From positions 448,001-512,000 of the forward strand of contig OZ245015.1 of the NCBI GenBank assembly GCA_965223705.1: a DNA stretch of 64,000 bases. Direction: 5' to 3'. Positions 21,239 to 31,383 of this stretch are shown here, in pieces (position 1 is the stretch's first letter; every line of letters starts with the position of its first letter). The position numbers and the translations under genes are program-made. The notes under the pieces were generated by a model. That model was not told the DNA's origin, did not search any database, and saw nothing but the letters and a program-made list of their open reading frames with translations. Source of the stretch: Myxococcota bacterium. Its GTDB lineage: Bacteria; Myxococcota_A; UBA9160; UBA6930.

Positions 21239-22252
21239 CTAGATCCTGACCACGCCGAGGCGTCGGCAGAGGGCGTATCCCACCAGCACCATGAGCGTCG
21301 CGAGGCCGGCGATCACACGCCCCGGTACGGTTTCGAAAAGCGGCGCGACGTAGTCCGGCCGCATCAACTTCATCATCAACACGAAGGCGAATGGAGCGAG
21401 GAGCAGGACGTTGGCCGACCAACGGGTCTGCGCGGTCAGCGATTTGATCTTGCCCTCGGTGCCGTGACGTTCGCGAATGACGGCGGCCAGGCTGTCGACG
21501 ATCTCGGCGAGGTTGCCGCCGGTCTCGCGCTGGATCATCAAGGCCGTCACGAAGAAGGGGAGGTCCGGAACGTCGATGCGATGTGCGAGGTTCGAGAGGG
21601 CCGCCGGCACGTCAAGTCCGAGTCGGATCTCCTCGGCAATGAGAGCGAACTCCGTTCCGACAGGATCACTCAGTTCGTCTCCAACCATTTGTAGGCTCGG
21701 CGTCACGGCGTGTCCGGCGCGAAGCGCTCGCGACAGGAGTTCGAGCGCGTCGGGCATCATCCGTTCAAAGCGCCGCATGCGCGCGTGCTTGCGACGCCAC
21801 ACCCAGAGGAGCGGGAGAAGCCCCGAAGCGAGCAGCGCCACGGCCATGCGAGGATCGGACAAGACGACCCACCCGATGAAGCCGCCACCCAGGCAAAGGG
21901 CCAGGGAGAGCCACAGGAACTCGGGGACGCGCAGCGGACGGCCGGCGCGGTATAGGAGCAGGTTCAGTTGTTCGAGAAGCGGGAGACGGGCGCTCCAGCC
22001 GGAGGTCATGCCCCATTCTTCGCGCAAGATGCTGGTCTTGTCCGCGGCTTGTTCTGAACGGAGTCGGGTGGCGAGATCCGTCAAGCGGGCCCTCGCGCGC
22101 CCTCCGCGCCGCACCCGGAACGCATCGATCGCCAGCATCAGGAACTCGACGAACATGAACGTCGAGAGCAAGATCAAGCCGTAGATGATGAGCTTGTGGT
22201 GCGCACGAGGTAGCAGCGCCGCAAGGTCGAAGATGCCCCACCAATCCGACAT
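21239..22252 (-). CDS. tadB: Tad inner-membrane platform protein
   Basis: PDALELLSRALRAGH, IQRETGGNLAE. Confidence 0.9.
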   Translation of the reverse strand: MSDWWGIFDLAALLPRAHHKLIIYGLILLSTFMFVEFLMLAIDAFRVRRGGRARARLTDLATRLRSEQAADKTSILREEWGMTSGWSARLPLLEQLNLLLYRAGRPLRVPEFLWLSLALCLGGGFIGWVVLSDPRMAVALLASGLLPLLWVWRRKHARMRRFERMMPDALELLSRALRAGHAVTPSLQMVGDELSDPVGTEFALIAEEIRLGLDVPAALSNLAHRIDVPDLPFFVTALMIQRETGGNLAEIVDSLAAVIRERHGTEGKIKSLTAQTRWSANVLLLAPFAFVLMMKLMRPDYVAPLFETVPGRVIAGLATLMVLVGYALCRRLGVVRI

Positions 22253-22254
22253 GA

Positions 22255-23613
22255 CTAGTCGCCCCGCGCGAAGAACAAATCGTGGCGCAGCGAGATGCCC
22301 GCCGCGGCGAGCTTCTCGACGAATCGCGGTCGCACGCCGGTGGGCGAGAGCTCGCCGAGAACTTGTCCCTTCTCGCCGGTTCCGGTGCGTTCGAAGCGGA
22401 AGATCTCTTGGGTGGTTACGACCGGACCTTCCATCCCGGTGATCTCGTGCATGCTGACAAGCCGCCTGGAACCGTCCGGCAAGCGGGAGAGCTGGACGAC
22501 GAGTTCGATGGCCGACGCGATCTGCTCTCGGACCGCCGATTGCGGGATGTCGAGTCCGCTCATGGCGACCATCGTCTCGACGCGGGAAATCGCGTCTCGC
22601 GGGCTGTTCGCGTGAATCGTGGTGAGCGATCCGTCGTGACCCGTGTTCATGGCCTGCAGCATGTCGAGGGCCTCAGACCCGCGGACCTCGCCGACGATGA
22701 TCCGGTCGGGGCGCATCCGAAGACTGTTGATCAAGAGCTCGCGTTGTGTGATCTGCCCGCGGCCTTCGACGTTCGGAGGGCGCGTTTCGAGTCGCACGAC
22801 GTGCCGCTGCTGGAGCTGCAGTTCCGCGGAGTCCTCGATGGTGACGATCCGCTCGGTCTCGCCGATGAAGCGCGAGAGCACGTTCAGCAGCGTCGTCTTG
22901 CCGGCGCCCGTTCCGCCGGACACGACGATGTTGAGCCGGGCGCCCACCGCCGCTTCCAGCAGCTCGACGACTTCCTCGGTGAGGCTTCCGTTCGCGATCA
23001 GTTCGCGCTCGCCCAACCGATCCGCACCAAAACGCCGAATCGAAAGGACGGGGCCGTCGATCGCCAAGGGCGGGATGATCGCGTTGACGCGCGATCCGTC
23101 GGCGAGCCGCGCATCGACCATCGGCGAGGTTTCGTCGACGCGTCGCCCGACCCCGGAGACGATCTTGTCGATAATCCGCATCAGGTGGTCGTCATCTTTG
23201 AACCGCGCGACGGTCTCTTCCAGCCGGCCGGAACGTTCGACGTAGATCTGGTCGAAACGATTGACGAGGACGTCGTCGACGGTCGGGTCCTGGAGCAACG
23301 GCTCGAGGGGGCCCAAGCCGAAGATCTCGTCTTTGACTTCGTCGACGACCCGATCGCGCTCCTGTCGCGTCAGAGGAACGTTTTCCTTTTCGAGGATCTT
23401 CTCGATGACGCGCTGAATGTCGGAACCGACCTGTTCGGCACTGGTCTCCGCGAGACGTGTCAGATCGATGTGCTCAAAGAGGCTGTTGTGAAGCCGCGAC
23501 TTGAGCTCCTGGTACTCGATCCGACGGATGCGGGCATCTTGCTCGTAGCGCCCTCCGTCAGCAGAGGAGACGAGCTCCAGACGGCGGCTGCGAAGGCGTT
23601 CAATGAGAGCCAT
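22255..23613 (-). CDS. cpaF: Tad assembly ATPase CpaF/TadA
   Basis: [42 protein letters not shown]. Confidence 0.95.
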   Translation of the reverse strand: MALIERLRSRRLELVSSADGGRYEQDARIRRIEYQELKSRLHNSLFEHIDLTRLAETSAEQVGSDIQRVIEKILEKENVPLTRQERDRVVDEVKDEIFGLGPLEPLLQDPTVDDVLVNRFDQIYVERSGRLEETVARFKDDDHLMRIIDKIVSGVGRRVDETSPMVDARLADGSRVNAIIPPLAIDGPVLSIRRFGADRLGERELIANGSLTEEVVELLEAAVGARLNIVVSGGTGAGKTTLLNVLSRFIGETERIVTIEDSAELQLQQRHVVRLETRPPNVEGRGQITQRELLINSLRMRPDRIIVGEVRGSEALDMLQAMNTGHDGSLTTIHANSPRDAISRVETMVAMSGLDIPQSAVREQIASAIELVVQLSRLPDGSRRLVSMHEITGMEGPVVTTQEIFRFERTGTGEKGQVLGELSPTGVRPRFVEKLAAAGISLRHDLFFARGD

Positions 23614-24811
23614 GGAGTGCTCGCTTTAGGTAACCGCGGAGACCCTTCCGCGCGGTGGTGTCTTGAGTGTCTCCGCGACCGGAGAAGCCGCGGACAGCGC
23701 TCGCGAGTTCCTCGAAAGCTCCTGCGAGCCGGCTGCGGGGTGCCGCTTCGATGAGGGACTTTCCGTAGCTCACACACTCTCGCGCGGCTTCGAAGTCGTT
23801 CGGGAGCTTCGCGTCGAAGCTTCGCTCGAGGAACTCCGTCAAGTCGCGTTCGCTGACCGAGTTCTTGTCGCTGTCGCGGTTCAACACGAGCCGAATCTTC
23901 GAGGCCGGGAATCCGATTCGTTCCAGGAGCTCGATTCGTCGGCGCGTGTGGTGGAGTGTCGGAATGCACGCGTTCGTCACCAGCAACAGCGTGTCGAGGC
24001 GGTCGAGCGCCCGTAGCGTGACGTCGTCGAAATCCCGAGAGAGGTCGAAGAGGAGCCAATCGGCTTCTTCCCCAAGCACCTCGACCACGGTGTCGACGTG
24101 GCGTCCGCTGACGAGTTCGCCGTCCTCCATCTGTCGCGGCGCAGCGAGGATCGAGACGCCCGACGCGTGGCTATGGAGGATCGTTTTGAGATACGCCCCG
24201 TCGATTTCGCCCGTTCGTTTCGCGACGTCGGCGATGGTGTAGGCCGGATCGAGATCGAAGTAGAGGCTCACGTCTCCCTGCCGGAGGTCGAGATCGCAGA
24301 GCGTCACCCGATCGCCCGATCGACGCAGGGCCGTCGCGAGCTGGCAAGTCACGAACGTGCTCCCGGTGCCGCCCTTGGTCCCCATGACGCCGATGATGCT
24401 CGCCTTCGAGCCCGAGCCTCCTCCGAGCCCGAGCGAATCTTCGACGCCGCGCACCGAAGCGCGCAGCTCACGGATTCCCGCGCTGTTCGGGAGGTATTCC
24501 CGCGCGCCGGTGCGCATCGCCCGCAGGATGAGCTGGCTGTCGTCCTCGGGGCCGACGACTACGATGGTCGGGCGCGGAGCCGCGAGGCCTTCGACCGCGC
24601 GCAAGACCGCGTCGGCCTGCGCACCGAGACCCACGAGAAGCGCTTGCGGCGCTTCTTCTGCGACGCGCCGCACGAGCTCGTTCGGGAGCGCAACGGTCGC
24701 GTGCCGCTCCGCCGGCTGGTCGCCAGAGACGGCTTCCAGCAGGCGCGCCGTAAGCCCCGCGTCATCCGCGCAAATCACCCACGAGATTTCAGACATGCCA
24801 GTCTCCCACAC
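23600..24811 (-). CDS. cpaE: CpaE/TadZ (receiver-like + MinD-like ATPase)
   Basis: [25 protein letters not shown]. Confidence 0.85.
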   Translation of the reverse strand: MWETGMSEISWVICADDAGLTARLLEAVSGDQPAERHATVALPNELVRRVAEEAPQALLVGLGAQADAVLRAVEGLAAPRPTIVVVGPEDDSQLILRAMRTGAREYLPNSAGIRELRASVRGVEDSLGLGGGSGSKASIIGVMGTKGGTGSTFVTCQLATALRRSGDRVTLCDLDLRQGDVSLYFDLDPAYTIADVAKRTGEIDGAYLKTILHSHASGVSILAAPRQMEDGELVSGRHVDTVVEVLGEEADWLLFDLSRDFDDVTLRALDRLDTLLLVTNACIPTLHHTRRRIELLERIGFPASKIRLVLNRDSDKNSVSERDLTEFLERSFDAKLPNDFEAARECVSYGKSLIEAAPRSRLAGAFEELASAVRGFSGRGDTQDTTARKGLRGYLKRALHGSH

Positions 24812-24820
24812 CGAATCGAG

Positions 24821-25108
24821 TTATCGGCCGACGCCGATCACGTTGACGGTGGAACGATTCTTCGACGGTCGCCGGTGCTCCTGAGCGTCCTGGCCTTTTT
24901 CGTAGTTCTTGATTACGTGCTCGGCGCTCTTCGCATCGAGACCCTGATGCGCTTCTTGGAAGCCCGCATTGGGGTTCTCGACCATTCGCTCGTGAGCGGC
25001 GCGCGTCGAGTCTCCCCAGGTCTTGTCGAGCCGCGTCGGGGCGTCGCTTGCGCACGCCGTTGCGAACGCGAACAGAAAAACAGATGCCGTCGTCAGAAAG
25101 AGGCGCAT
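24821..25108 (-). CDS. Small tad-associated lipoprotein
   Basis: Lipobox ATAC; lies between the secretin and cpaE genes. Confidence 0.7.
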   Translation of the reverse strand: MRLFLTTASVFLFAFATACASDAPTRLDKTWGDSTRAAHERMVENPNAGFQEAHQGLDAKSAEHVIKNYEKGQDAQEHRRPSKNRSTVNVIGVGR

Positions 25109-26614
25109 TTACGGAAGCTCCTTTTCCGCCTCGGCGATCGACAGGCGGTGGCCCGTCTTCCCGAACATTCCGCTCGGGGTCGTATCGGCGGTCTCGGAGG
25201 AACCGCTGTCGCGGCCCTCCATCGCATTCGTCAGGTAGAACTCGTAGTCGCTCGGCTCGACAAAGTTGTCCGTGGGCAGAGCGGGGCGGTCGCCGTCGAG
25301 CGGTTTCACCAGTCGCGGGCGCACGATCATGACGAGCTCCGTCTCTTCGCGTCGGTACTGCTTGCTCCGGAAAAGCGTGCCGAGAACCGGGATGTCGCCG
25401 AGCACCGGGTACTGGCTCGCGGCCTCGCGCACGTCATCCGAGAGAAGTCCCGCGATGGCGAACGCCTGGCCGTCGCCGAGCTCGACGCCCGTCGACGCGC
25501 GACGGGTTCGGAAACCCGGGACCGTGCTTCCGGCCACCGCGGTTCCCAAGGTGAAGTCGGGCTCGCTGACTTCGGGCGTGATCTCCATGTGGATCCGGTT
25601 CGCGTCGAGCACCGTCGGCGTGAACTCGACGCCGATGCCGAACTGCTTGAAGCGGATCGTGATGGAGTTGAAACCGCCGCCTTGGGCGATCGGGATCGGG
25701 ACTTCGCCGCCGACCAGGAAGTTCGAGGACTGGCCGCTGCGGGCGACCAGCGTCGGTTCCGCGAGGATCTTCACCAGTCCGCGACCCTTCAAGAAGTTGA
25801 GGAGCAGGTCGTAGCGAGCGTTCGCCCCGTCGAAGGCGGAAAGAAGGAGGTTCACCCGATCGTTGAAGAGGAGCGCTCCGTTGCTGAAGTCGTCCGTCAG
25901 TTCGAGACGAGACAGGCTGTCCTGAAAATTGAAGGCCTGGAAGCCCGTGTCGCCGCGGAGATCTTGGACGGCGAAATTCGTCTCCATCTCCCGCGTGAAG
26001 GTCCGGGACATTTCCGCGATCGTGACTTCGATCATGACCTGCTGGTTGCTACCGACCTCGAGGAGGTTGATGATCTGGCCTTCGCCCTTCTTCTCCGGCA
26101 TGAGCGCCGCAGCCACGCGGAGGGCGCGGTCGACATCGGCGGCGCCGTCGACGCTGCCTTTCAGGACGATCGAGTTGCCGACGCTCTGCACGCGGATATC
26201 GTCCGCCGACATCACTTCGCGAAGGGTCGATTCCACCGCGCCGTGGGCGCGGCCGACGATGAGCTCGATAATCGACTGTGCGCGACCGGCGCGATCCCAG
26301 AGGATCACGTTTGTCTCGCCCACCGATCGGGTTACGAGATTGATCTCGCGCGAACCCAACACGACGAAGTCCGCGATTTCCGGGTCGGCGATCGAGACGC
26401 GCTTGACGGCGTAGTCGGTCCGCAGCAGGGCGCTCTTGCCGACCTGGAGGTTCAGGGAGCGCAACTGGCGCCCGCGGTCGCCTCCGTTGAGCTCGACCGT
26501 GGAGCTTCCCGCGCTCGTCGTGAACGCATGGTTCTCGGCGATCGCGCCGCTTGCGAGCAGGCAGGTTACGGCGAGGACAATTCCTGCGCGGAGTAGCTTG
26601 GTTCGAAGTGTCAT
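25109..26614 (-). CDS. cpaC: Tad secretin CpaC/RcpA
   Basis: Signal peptide, SIADPEIAD, LAEPTLVARSG..FLVGGEVP, PVLGDIPVLGTLF, ETELV. Confidence 0.92.
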   Translation of the reverse strand: MTLRTKLLRAGIVLAVTCLLASGAIAENHAFTTSAGSSTVELNGGDRGRQLRSLNLQVGKSALLRTDYAVKRVSIADPEIADFVVLGSREINLVTRSVGETNVILWDRAGRAQSIIELIVGRAHGAVESTLREVMSADDIRVQSVGNSIVLKGSVDGAADVDRALRVAAALMPEKKGEGQIINLLEVGSNQQVMIEVTIAEMSRTFTREMETNFAVQDLRGDTGFQAFNFQDSLSRLELTDDFSNGALLFNDRVNLLLSAFDGANARYDLLLNFLKGRGLVKILAEPTLVARSGQSSNFLVGGEVPIPIAQGGGFNSITIRFKQFGIGVEFTPTVLDANRIHMEITPEVSEPDFTLGTAVAGSTVPGFRTRRASTGVELGDGQAFAIAGLLSDDVREAASQYPVLGDIPVLGTLFRSKQYRREETELVMIVRPRLVKPLDGDRPALPTDNFVEPSDYEFYLTNAMEGRDSGSSETADTTPSGMFGKTGHRLSIAEAEKELP

Positions 26615-26640
26615 GATGGCTCCGTCATCCGCCCGCGCGG

Positions 26641-27459
26641 CTAGTTTCCGTACTCGGAGCGCGAGCGCTCCGTGCCTTTGATGATTTCGATGAATTCTTT
26701 CTGCACGTTGCGCTTCTTCTTCACCGGGCGCGGTTGCGCCTTCTTCTTCGCGGCTCCGTACAGGTCTCCCGCGCGAACCGCCTGGGTCTTCACGACTTCT
26801 TCGTCACCGGGGTTGCGCAGGGCGAGCTGGAGGCGCCCTTCGTGGGCGGCGTGGATCAAGCGCTCGGCGTTCTGAGGTTCGACCTCGAGCGTCACGACGT
26901 TGACGACCTTCGGTTCGCCGTCGGTCGTGTCTTCCAGCGCTTGGTCGACGGCGAGGACGCGGACATCCTGCAGTACGACCTTGGAGAAGTGCTGGTTGTC
27001 GGATCGGCGAAGCGTGGCCAACACGTCGACGCGCGTCCCGGGCTTGATGAAGCCGGCGACGCCGATCACGGCGTCGACCTTGACGGAGACCGCGCGGTGG
27101 CCTTCACCGATCATCGATACGAGACCGGACACCGCTCCTTCGGGCAGCAACAGCGACGGGAAGATCGGGTCGCCTTCCGAGAGCGGGTGGCGCAGCACGC
27201 GCCCGTTGAGTTCGGCCTTGCTTCCGAACGCCTTCTTCGGCGCGTGCGTCTCGGGCCATTCGACGAGTCGGATGTCATCGGCACCGATTGCGGTGCCGAC
27301 CGGAAGGTCGTGCGCGGCGAGGGCGACTTCGACGAGCCCGATCTCTTCCAAGACCGGTGCGGCTGCCGCTTTAGCCAAGTAGGTGCGCGTCAGGCCCATG
27401 GCTGCGAACCCAAAGACCACGGCGAGGACCAAGAACAAGAGGGAGCGTCGGTTCAACAT
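26641..27459 (-). CDS. cpaB: Flp pilus assembly protein CpaB/RcpC
   Basis: SAF domain, GVAGFIKPGTRVDV, VLAVDQ, LQLALRNP. Confidence 0.92.
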   Translation of the reverse strand: MLNRRSLLFLVLAVVFGFAAMGLTRTYLAKAAAAPVLEEIGLVEVALAAHDLPVGTAIGADDIRLVEWPETHAPKKAFGSKAELNGRVLRHPLSEGDPIFPSLLLPEGAVSGLVSMIGEGHRAVSVKVDAVIGVAGFIKPGTRVDVLATLRRSDNQHFSKVVLQDVRVLAVDQALEDTTDGEPKVVNVVTLEVEPQNAERLIHAAHEGRLQLALRNPGDEEVVKTQAVRAGDLYGAAKKKAQPRPVKKKRNVQKEFIEIIKGTERSRSEYGN

Positions 27460-27474
27460 CGGAAGTCCTTACAG

Positions 27475-27897
27475 CTACTCGTTGCGCATGACCGACGCGC
27501 CTTGAAGCGCGAGGCCATCCGAGAAGGCGGGAATCATGTTCGAGAGGACGGGGAACTGGAACGCGTAATCCACGCGAACCGTCGCGTTCGTTCCCGCGTC
27601 CCCGCATGCATTGGTGGTGGTCACGGTGACTTCGCCGGCGGGGATCCCGGCCGCGGCGACAAACTGGTTCACAATGGCTTCGACTTGCGTTTCGGCGGTC
27701 GCCGGATCGCAACCGGCCAGCGAAGCCACTCGCGCACCTTCGCGCGACGCGGCGGACAGGACCTGCCAGCGCTGGAACGCGATGCCCCACTCGATCACCG
27801 CGAACAGGATCAGCGCGAGGAGCGGCATGATGATCGCCATTTCGACCATTGCCGTTCCGCGAGTCGCCTTCTGTCGATGTCGCAACGCTATGCCCAT
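27475..27897 (-). CDS. tadE: TadE-like pseudopilin
   Basis: RG^TAMVEMAII prepilin site; SREGAR motif. Confidence 0.85.
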   Translation of the reverse strand: MGIALRHRQKATRGTAMVEMAIIMPLLALILFAVIEWGIAFQRWQVLSAASREGARVASLAGCDPATAETQVEAIVNQFVAAAGIPAGEVTVTTTNACGDAGTNATVRVDYAFQFPVLSNMIPAFSDGLALQGASVMRNE

Positions 27898-28568
27898 GGT
27901 GTCCCCCAAAGGAACTGCGCAGTAACCGAGCACCCCAGCACACAGGCGAAGGGCAGTACTCGCGTCGCCGCGGATCCTGCTTCGGGCGCCAAGTAAGTGA
28001 ACCGTTTGGTGTAAAAGGTGATGACGAAACTGCCGGCCCATCGGGTCAGGGCGTCCCAAAGTCCCCGATGCAGCAACAAGATGGCAACTCCGCACACCCC
28101 GCCGAGCAACGCCGACCAAACCAGCAACGAAGCGAGCACCGGAGCACCAAACCACGCGCCGAGCGCCATCGCGGCTTTGACATCCCCGGCGCCGAGGAAG
28201 CCCGTGACGTAGGGGAGGAGCAGGATTGCGAAGCCCGCGCCGATGCCGGCGAACGCGAAGCCCGCGCCGGAGACGCCAGAGAGCGCGGTGTGAAACAACA
28301 CAGCCGCGAACATCGCCGCGGCGTTGAGTGCGTTCGGAATACGAAAGCTTCGCACGTCGAAATAGACGGCGAGGGGGAGGAAGGCCGCTGCCCACACGAG
28401 CGTGGGCAGCGGCTCCTCGGCTCCGGTCGCGAGCAGTCCTACGACGAGCAGTCCCGCGAAAAGGAAAGAGCACGCGGAACGTCGCCGGGTCGTTGCGCTA
28501 GACGAACGTACCGGTTGCGGTGCGTCGGTGCGCGCGACACCGTCTGTAGAAGTGCACGACATCTCCAT
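27888..28568 (-). CDS. cpaA: A24 prepilin peptidase CpaA/TadV
   Basis: FDVRSFRIPN and GAGDVK aspartic motifs, LPFA. Confidence 0.85.
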   Translation of the reverse strand: MEMSCTSTDGVARTDAPQPVRSSSATTRRRSACSFLFAGLLVVGLLATGAEEPLPTLVWAAAFLPLAVYFDVRSFRIPNALNAAAMFAAVLFHTALSGVSGAGFAFAGIGAGFAILLLPYVTGFLGAGDVKAAMALGAWFGAPVLASLLVWSALLGGVCGVAILLLHRGLWDALTRWAGSFVITFYTKRFTYLAPEAGSAATRVLPFACVLGCSVTAQFLWGTPWA

Positions 28569-28593
28569 CTCTACTGAGAAAGAGGGGCCGGAG

Positions 28594-28767
28594 CTATTCC
28601 AGGTTCGTGATTTCGTCTTCGACGATTTGAAGGGCTTGCCCGATCGCTTCATCGAGTTCCGTCCACGCCGTAATGGCAGCGACTGCGAACACGACTGCGA
28701 CGATGGTCCACTCGACCATCTCCATGCCGTTCTCGTCTCGAACAAAATCCTTGAAGAACTTCAGCAT
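28594..28767 (-). CDS. flp: Flp/Fap major pilin (57 aa)
   Basis: RDENG^MEMVEW followed by a hydrophobic helix; GAGGTG SD. Confidence 0.85.
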   Translation of the reverse strand: MLKFFKDFVRDENGMEMVEWTIVAVVFAVAAITAWTELDEAIGQALQIVEDEITNLE

Positions 28768-28899
28768 CTTCCACCTCACCTGCCAGCGCTGGCTGGCGCA
28801 CGAACGCCAGTCCCCACCGAAAACTAAGTGGCACAGAGACACTCGTACGTGACGAGCGAATCGAACCCCATCGCCGATTACCCGGCCGACTTTCCTATC

Positions 28900-28914
28900 G
28901 CAAACCGCGTGCCG
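28900..28914 (-). promoter_or_regulatory. sigma54 (-24/-12) promoter for the flp-tad operon
   Basis: CGGCACGCGGTTTGC, exact GG-N10-GC spacing. Confidence 0.7.
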
Positions 28915-29015
28915 CGGAGCGCCGCAGCCTGGAACGGGAAGACAATCAATGAACTCGGGAGAGGAATGCGCGAACGTTGCGCGTGCAGCCCGCGCGCATG
29001 GTGGCAAGCGAGTGC

Positions 29016-30140
29016 CTACTTAACGACGCGCAGGGGGGTCTCGGTCAAAATTGACGTCAGGATGTCGTCGAGTTCATCGGCGTTGGGCGTCGTAAAGTAC
29101 TGACCGAACCCTGTCGTCATCTGTTGCATGAAGTTCGGATTGACAAGATGTTCGACGTCCTGGCACAGCATCGTGGGGTTCATCGTCACCTCGTAATAGA
29201 TCGCGAACGTTGAGATTCCTTCGGCTTCGGCCCTGTCTCGTGCCGCCAGGGCTTCGTTGATGCGCTGTTGTGTGAGAGCCTCGTTGGCTCTGGCACAGGG
29301 AACGCCATCCGAGACGAGAACGACGACGCGGGATCCGTCGCGCTGTTCCGCCGCGAGCAGAGTGTCGATAGCCTCGTTCAGGCCGGCGCCGATGTGGGTG
29401 CCATCGCAGGGGAAGAAACCTGCGCTGGCGCACCAATTGCCATCGAGCGCTGAGATTGCATCCAAGGTCGGCGGTAGCGCCTCAGGGAGCGCCGACAGCG
29501 GGCTGTCTACCTGAGAGGCCTCATTAAAAGACACGAGCCCCAACCGATCCCCAGCGATGGACTGATCGGACATCAGGTTCGAGAAAGAGCTAAGGGCGGC
29601 GATTGCGTCAGCTCGATCGTCGTGGAATGAGCGCGAAATGTCCTGAGCCATCATCACGTCCCGGGTTCCGATCCCCGCGACCGAAGACGCGCGCACGTTC
29701 GCCGTGTCCTTTCCCAAGAGCGGGGCGAAGAAGAGATCGAGGGGGCCTCCGGGTGAGCCGTTCGTGCGGCGGGCCGTCACGCGGACGGCGGAGATTCCGC
29801 CGAGGCCGCCGGGGGTGAACGTGCCGGTTGCGTAGTCGAAGCTGCCGAACTGCACGTCGGAGGCGTCGATTTCCACGGGGTCGCCGCCGGCGCGGTGGAG
29901 GCCGGCGACTTCGATCGCGGCGTTGATGGCTTCGCTCTGGAGAAGGCCTCCGCGCACTTCGGCCATCGCCGCGAGGGCGGCGGCGTCGGCGGCGTTCTGC
30001 AGTTGCGTGCGGGTTGCCAGCATGAGGCCGTTATCGATCGAGAGCGATACGGCACCCAGCAAGGCGATGAGCGCAGCGAGTACCAGCACCGTGACGGTGC
30101 CGCGGCTTCGACGCGCCGAATTTCGTTTGAAGGAAGGCAT
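29016..30140 (-). CDS. tadG: TadG-like tip pilin with vWA domain
   Basis: RG^TVT, LQNAADAAALA; MIDAS DISRS...GT...SDG. Confidence 0.85.
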   Translation of the reverse strand: MPSFKRNSARRSRGTVTVLVLAALIALLGAVSLSIDNGLMLATRTQLQNAADAAALAAMAEVRGGLLQSEAINAAIEVAGLHRAGGDPVEIDASDVQFGSFDYATGTFTPGGLGGISAVRVTARRTNGSPGGPLDLFFAPLLGKDTANVRASSVAGIGTRDVMMAQDISRSFHDDRADAIAALSSFSNLMSDQSIAGDRLGLVSFNEASQVDSPLSALPEALPPTLDAISALDGNWCASAGFFPCDGTHIGAGLNEAIDTLLAAEQRDGSRVVVLVSDGVPCARANEALTQQRINEALAARDRAEAEGISTFAIYYEVTMNPTMLCQDVEHLVNPNFMQQMTTGFGQYFTTPNADELDDILTSILTETPLRVVK

Positions 30141-30222
30141 CCCAGCTACTCCGCTCCTCGCCGGGACGAGCCCGCGGGAGTCGTTCCAGAAACGCGGACA
30201 GATCTCCACGGCGAGTTACTAC

Positions 30223-30237
30223 GCAAACCCTGTGCCT
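30223..30237 (-). promoter_or_regulatory. sigma54 (-24/-12) promoter for tadG
   Basis: AGGCACAGGGTTTGC, exact GG-N10-GC spacing. Confidence 0.7.
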
Positions 30238-30385
30238 CTGGGCGCTGCGGGCGACGAAGCTTCGCGTCGGCGGGTCGTTGCCGCGATTGGCTGCGGGCGG
30301 GCTGCCGCTGCTCCCACGCCGAAAAGTGGGTGAAGTTGTTCCCAGGAAGGGAACCGCCCTATATGTAGGAACCGGCGGGGGAACG

Positions 30386-31288
30386 ATGTCGGCCCGGAAG
30401 CGCGCTCATATTTTCGACAGTCACGTGTACATCTTTCGGGCCTATTACTCGTTGCCCGAAATGGAGGCGCCGGACGGCACGCCCACCGCCGCCGTCTACG
30501 GGTTCGCGAACACGCTCCTCAAGTACCTGGCGGAAGAGACGCCGACCCACATCGCTTGCTGCTTCGATCACGCGATGACGAGCTTCCGCAACGAGCTCTT
30601 CTCGGGCTACAAGGCGTCTCGGCTCGAAGCGCCGGCCGATCTCGAACCCCAGTTCGGATTGTGCGTCGAGGTCGCCGAAGCGCTCGGGATCGCTTCATTC
30701 TCGGAGCCGGATTTCGAAGCGGACGACCTGATCGGCACGCTGACGGAGCGGTTCGCCAGTGAGGGCGCGAGCGTCCGGGTGATCAGCTCCGACAAGGATC
30801 TCTCGCAGCTCGTCACCGAGAACGGCAAGGTCACACTCTTCGACCTCGCTCGCGACCGTGAGTTCGACGCGGACGGCGTGCGCGAGAAGTTCGGCGTCTC
30901 CCCCGAACAGATCCCCGACTATCTGGGTCTCGTCGGGGACGCGGTGGATGAGCTCCCGGGGGTGCCGGGAGTCGGGCCGAAGAGCGCCGCCGCCGCACTC
31001 GGCGCTTTCGGAGCACTCGACGCATTTCCGGAGAGCCTCAACGTTTGGGAAGGTGTGCCGATCCGCGGCGCGCGACGACTCGGCGAGCGCGTCAACGAGC
31101 ACCGGGAGCACGCCGCGAAGATCCGCGACCTAGCGACGGTCGTGCGCGACGTGCCCGGACTGTCGCGCGTGCGTTTCGGCGATGTCGTGTACCGCGGCGC
31201 CGACCGGGAGCGCGTAGAGTCACTGTTCGAGCGCCTCGGATGGGGCCAGATCGCTACGCGTGTCCCCCAGTTTGCCCCCAGGGACTGA
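30386..31288 (+). CDS. Stand-alone 5'-3' exonuclease/flap endonuclease (PolA N-terminal type)
   Basis: FRAYY, YKASR, EADDLIG, SDKDL, LVGDAVDELPGVPGVGPK. Confidence 0.88.
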   Translation: MSARKRAHIFDSHVYIFRAYYSLPEMEAPDGTPTAAVYGFANTLLKYLAEETPTHIACCFDHAMTSFRNELFSGYKASRLEAPADLEPQFGLCVEVAEALGIASFSEPDFEADDLIGTLTERFASEGASVRVISSDKDLSQLVTENGKVTLFDLARDREFDADGVREKFGVSPEQIPDYLGLVGDAVDELPGVPGVGPKSAAAALGAFGALDAFPESLNVWEGVPIRGARRLGERVNEHREHAAKIRDLATVVRDVPGLSRVRFGDVVYRGADRERVESLFERLGWGQIATRVPQFAPRD

Positions 31289-31383
31289 AATTTCCCCAAC
31301 CCTCGACCCGAACCCAGTAAGATCGGGATCCCCCGATGGACCGTCCATCGAGCTAACCGCAGGACTTTTTGGAGGAGCTTTTG

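Noticed and set aside
24098..26596. 832-aa plus-strand ORF
   Set aside because: Antisense shadow of cpaC/cpaE in high-GC DNA, with no motifs. The same applies to 39100-41910(-), 20030-21694(+), 11055-12626(+), 61781-62968(-) and similar ORFs.
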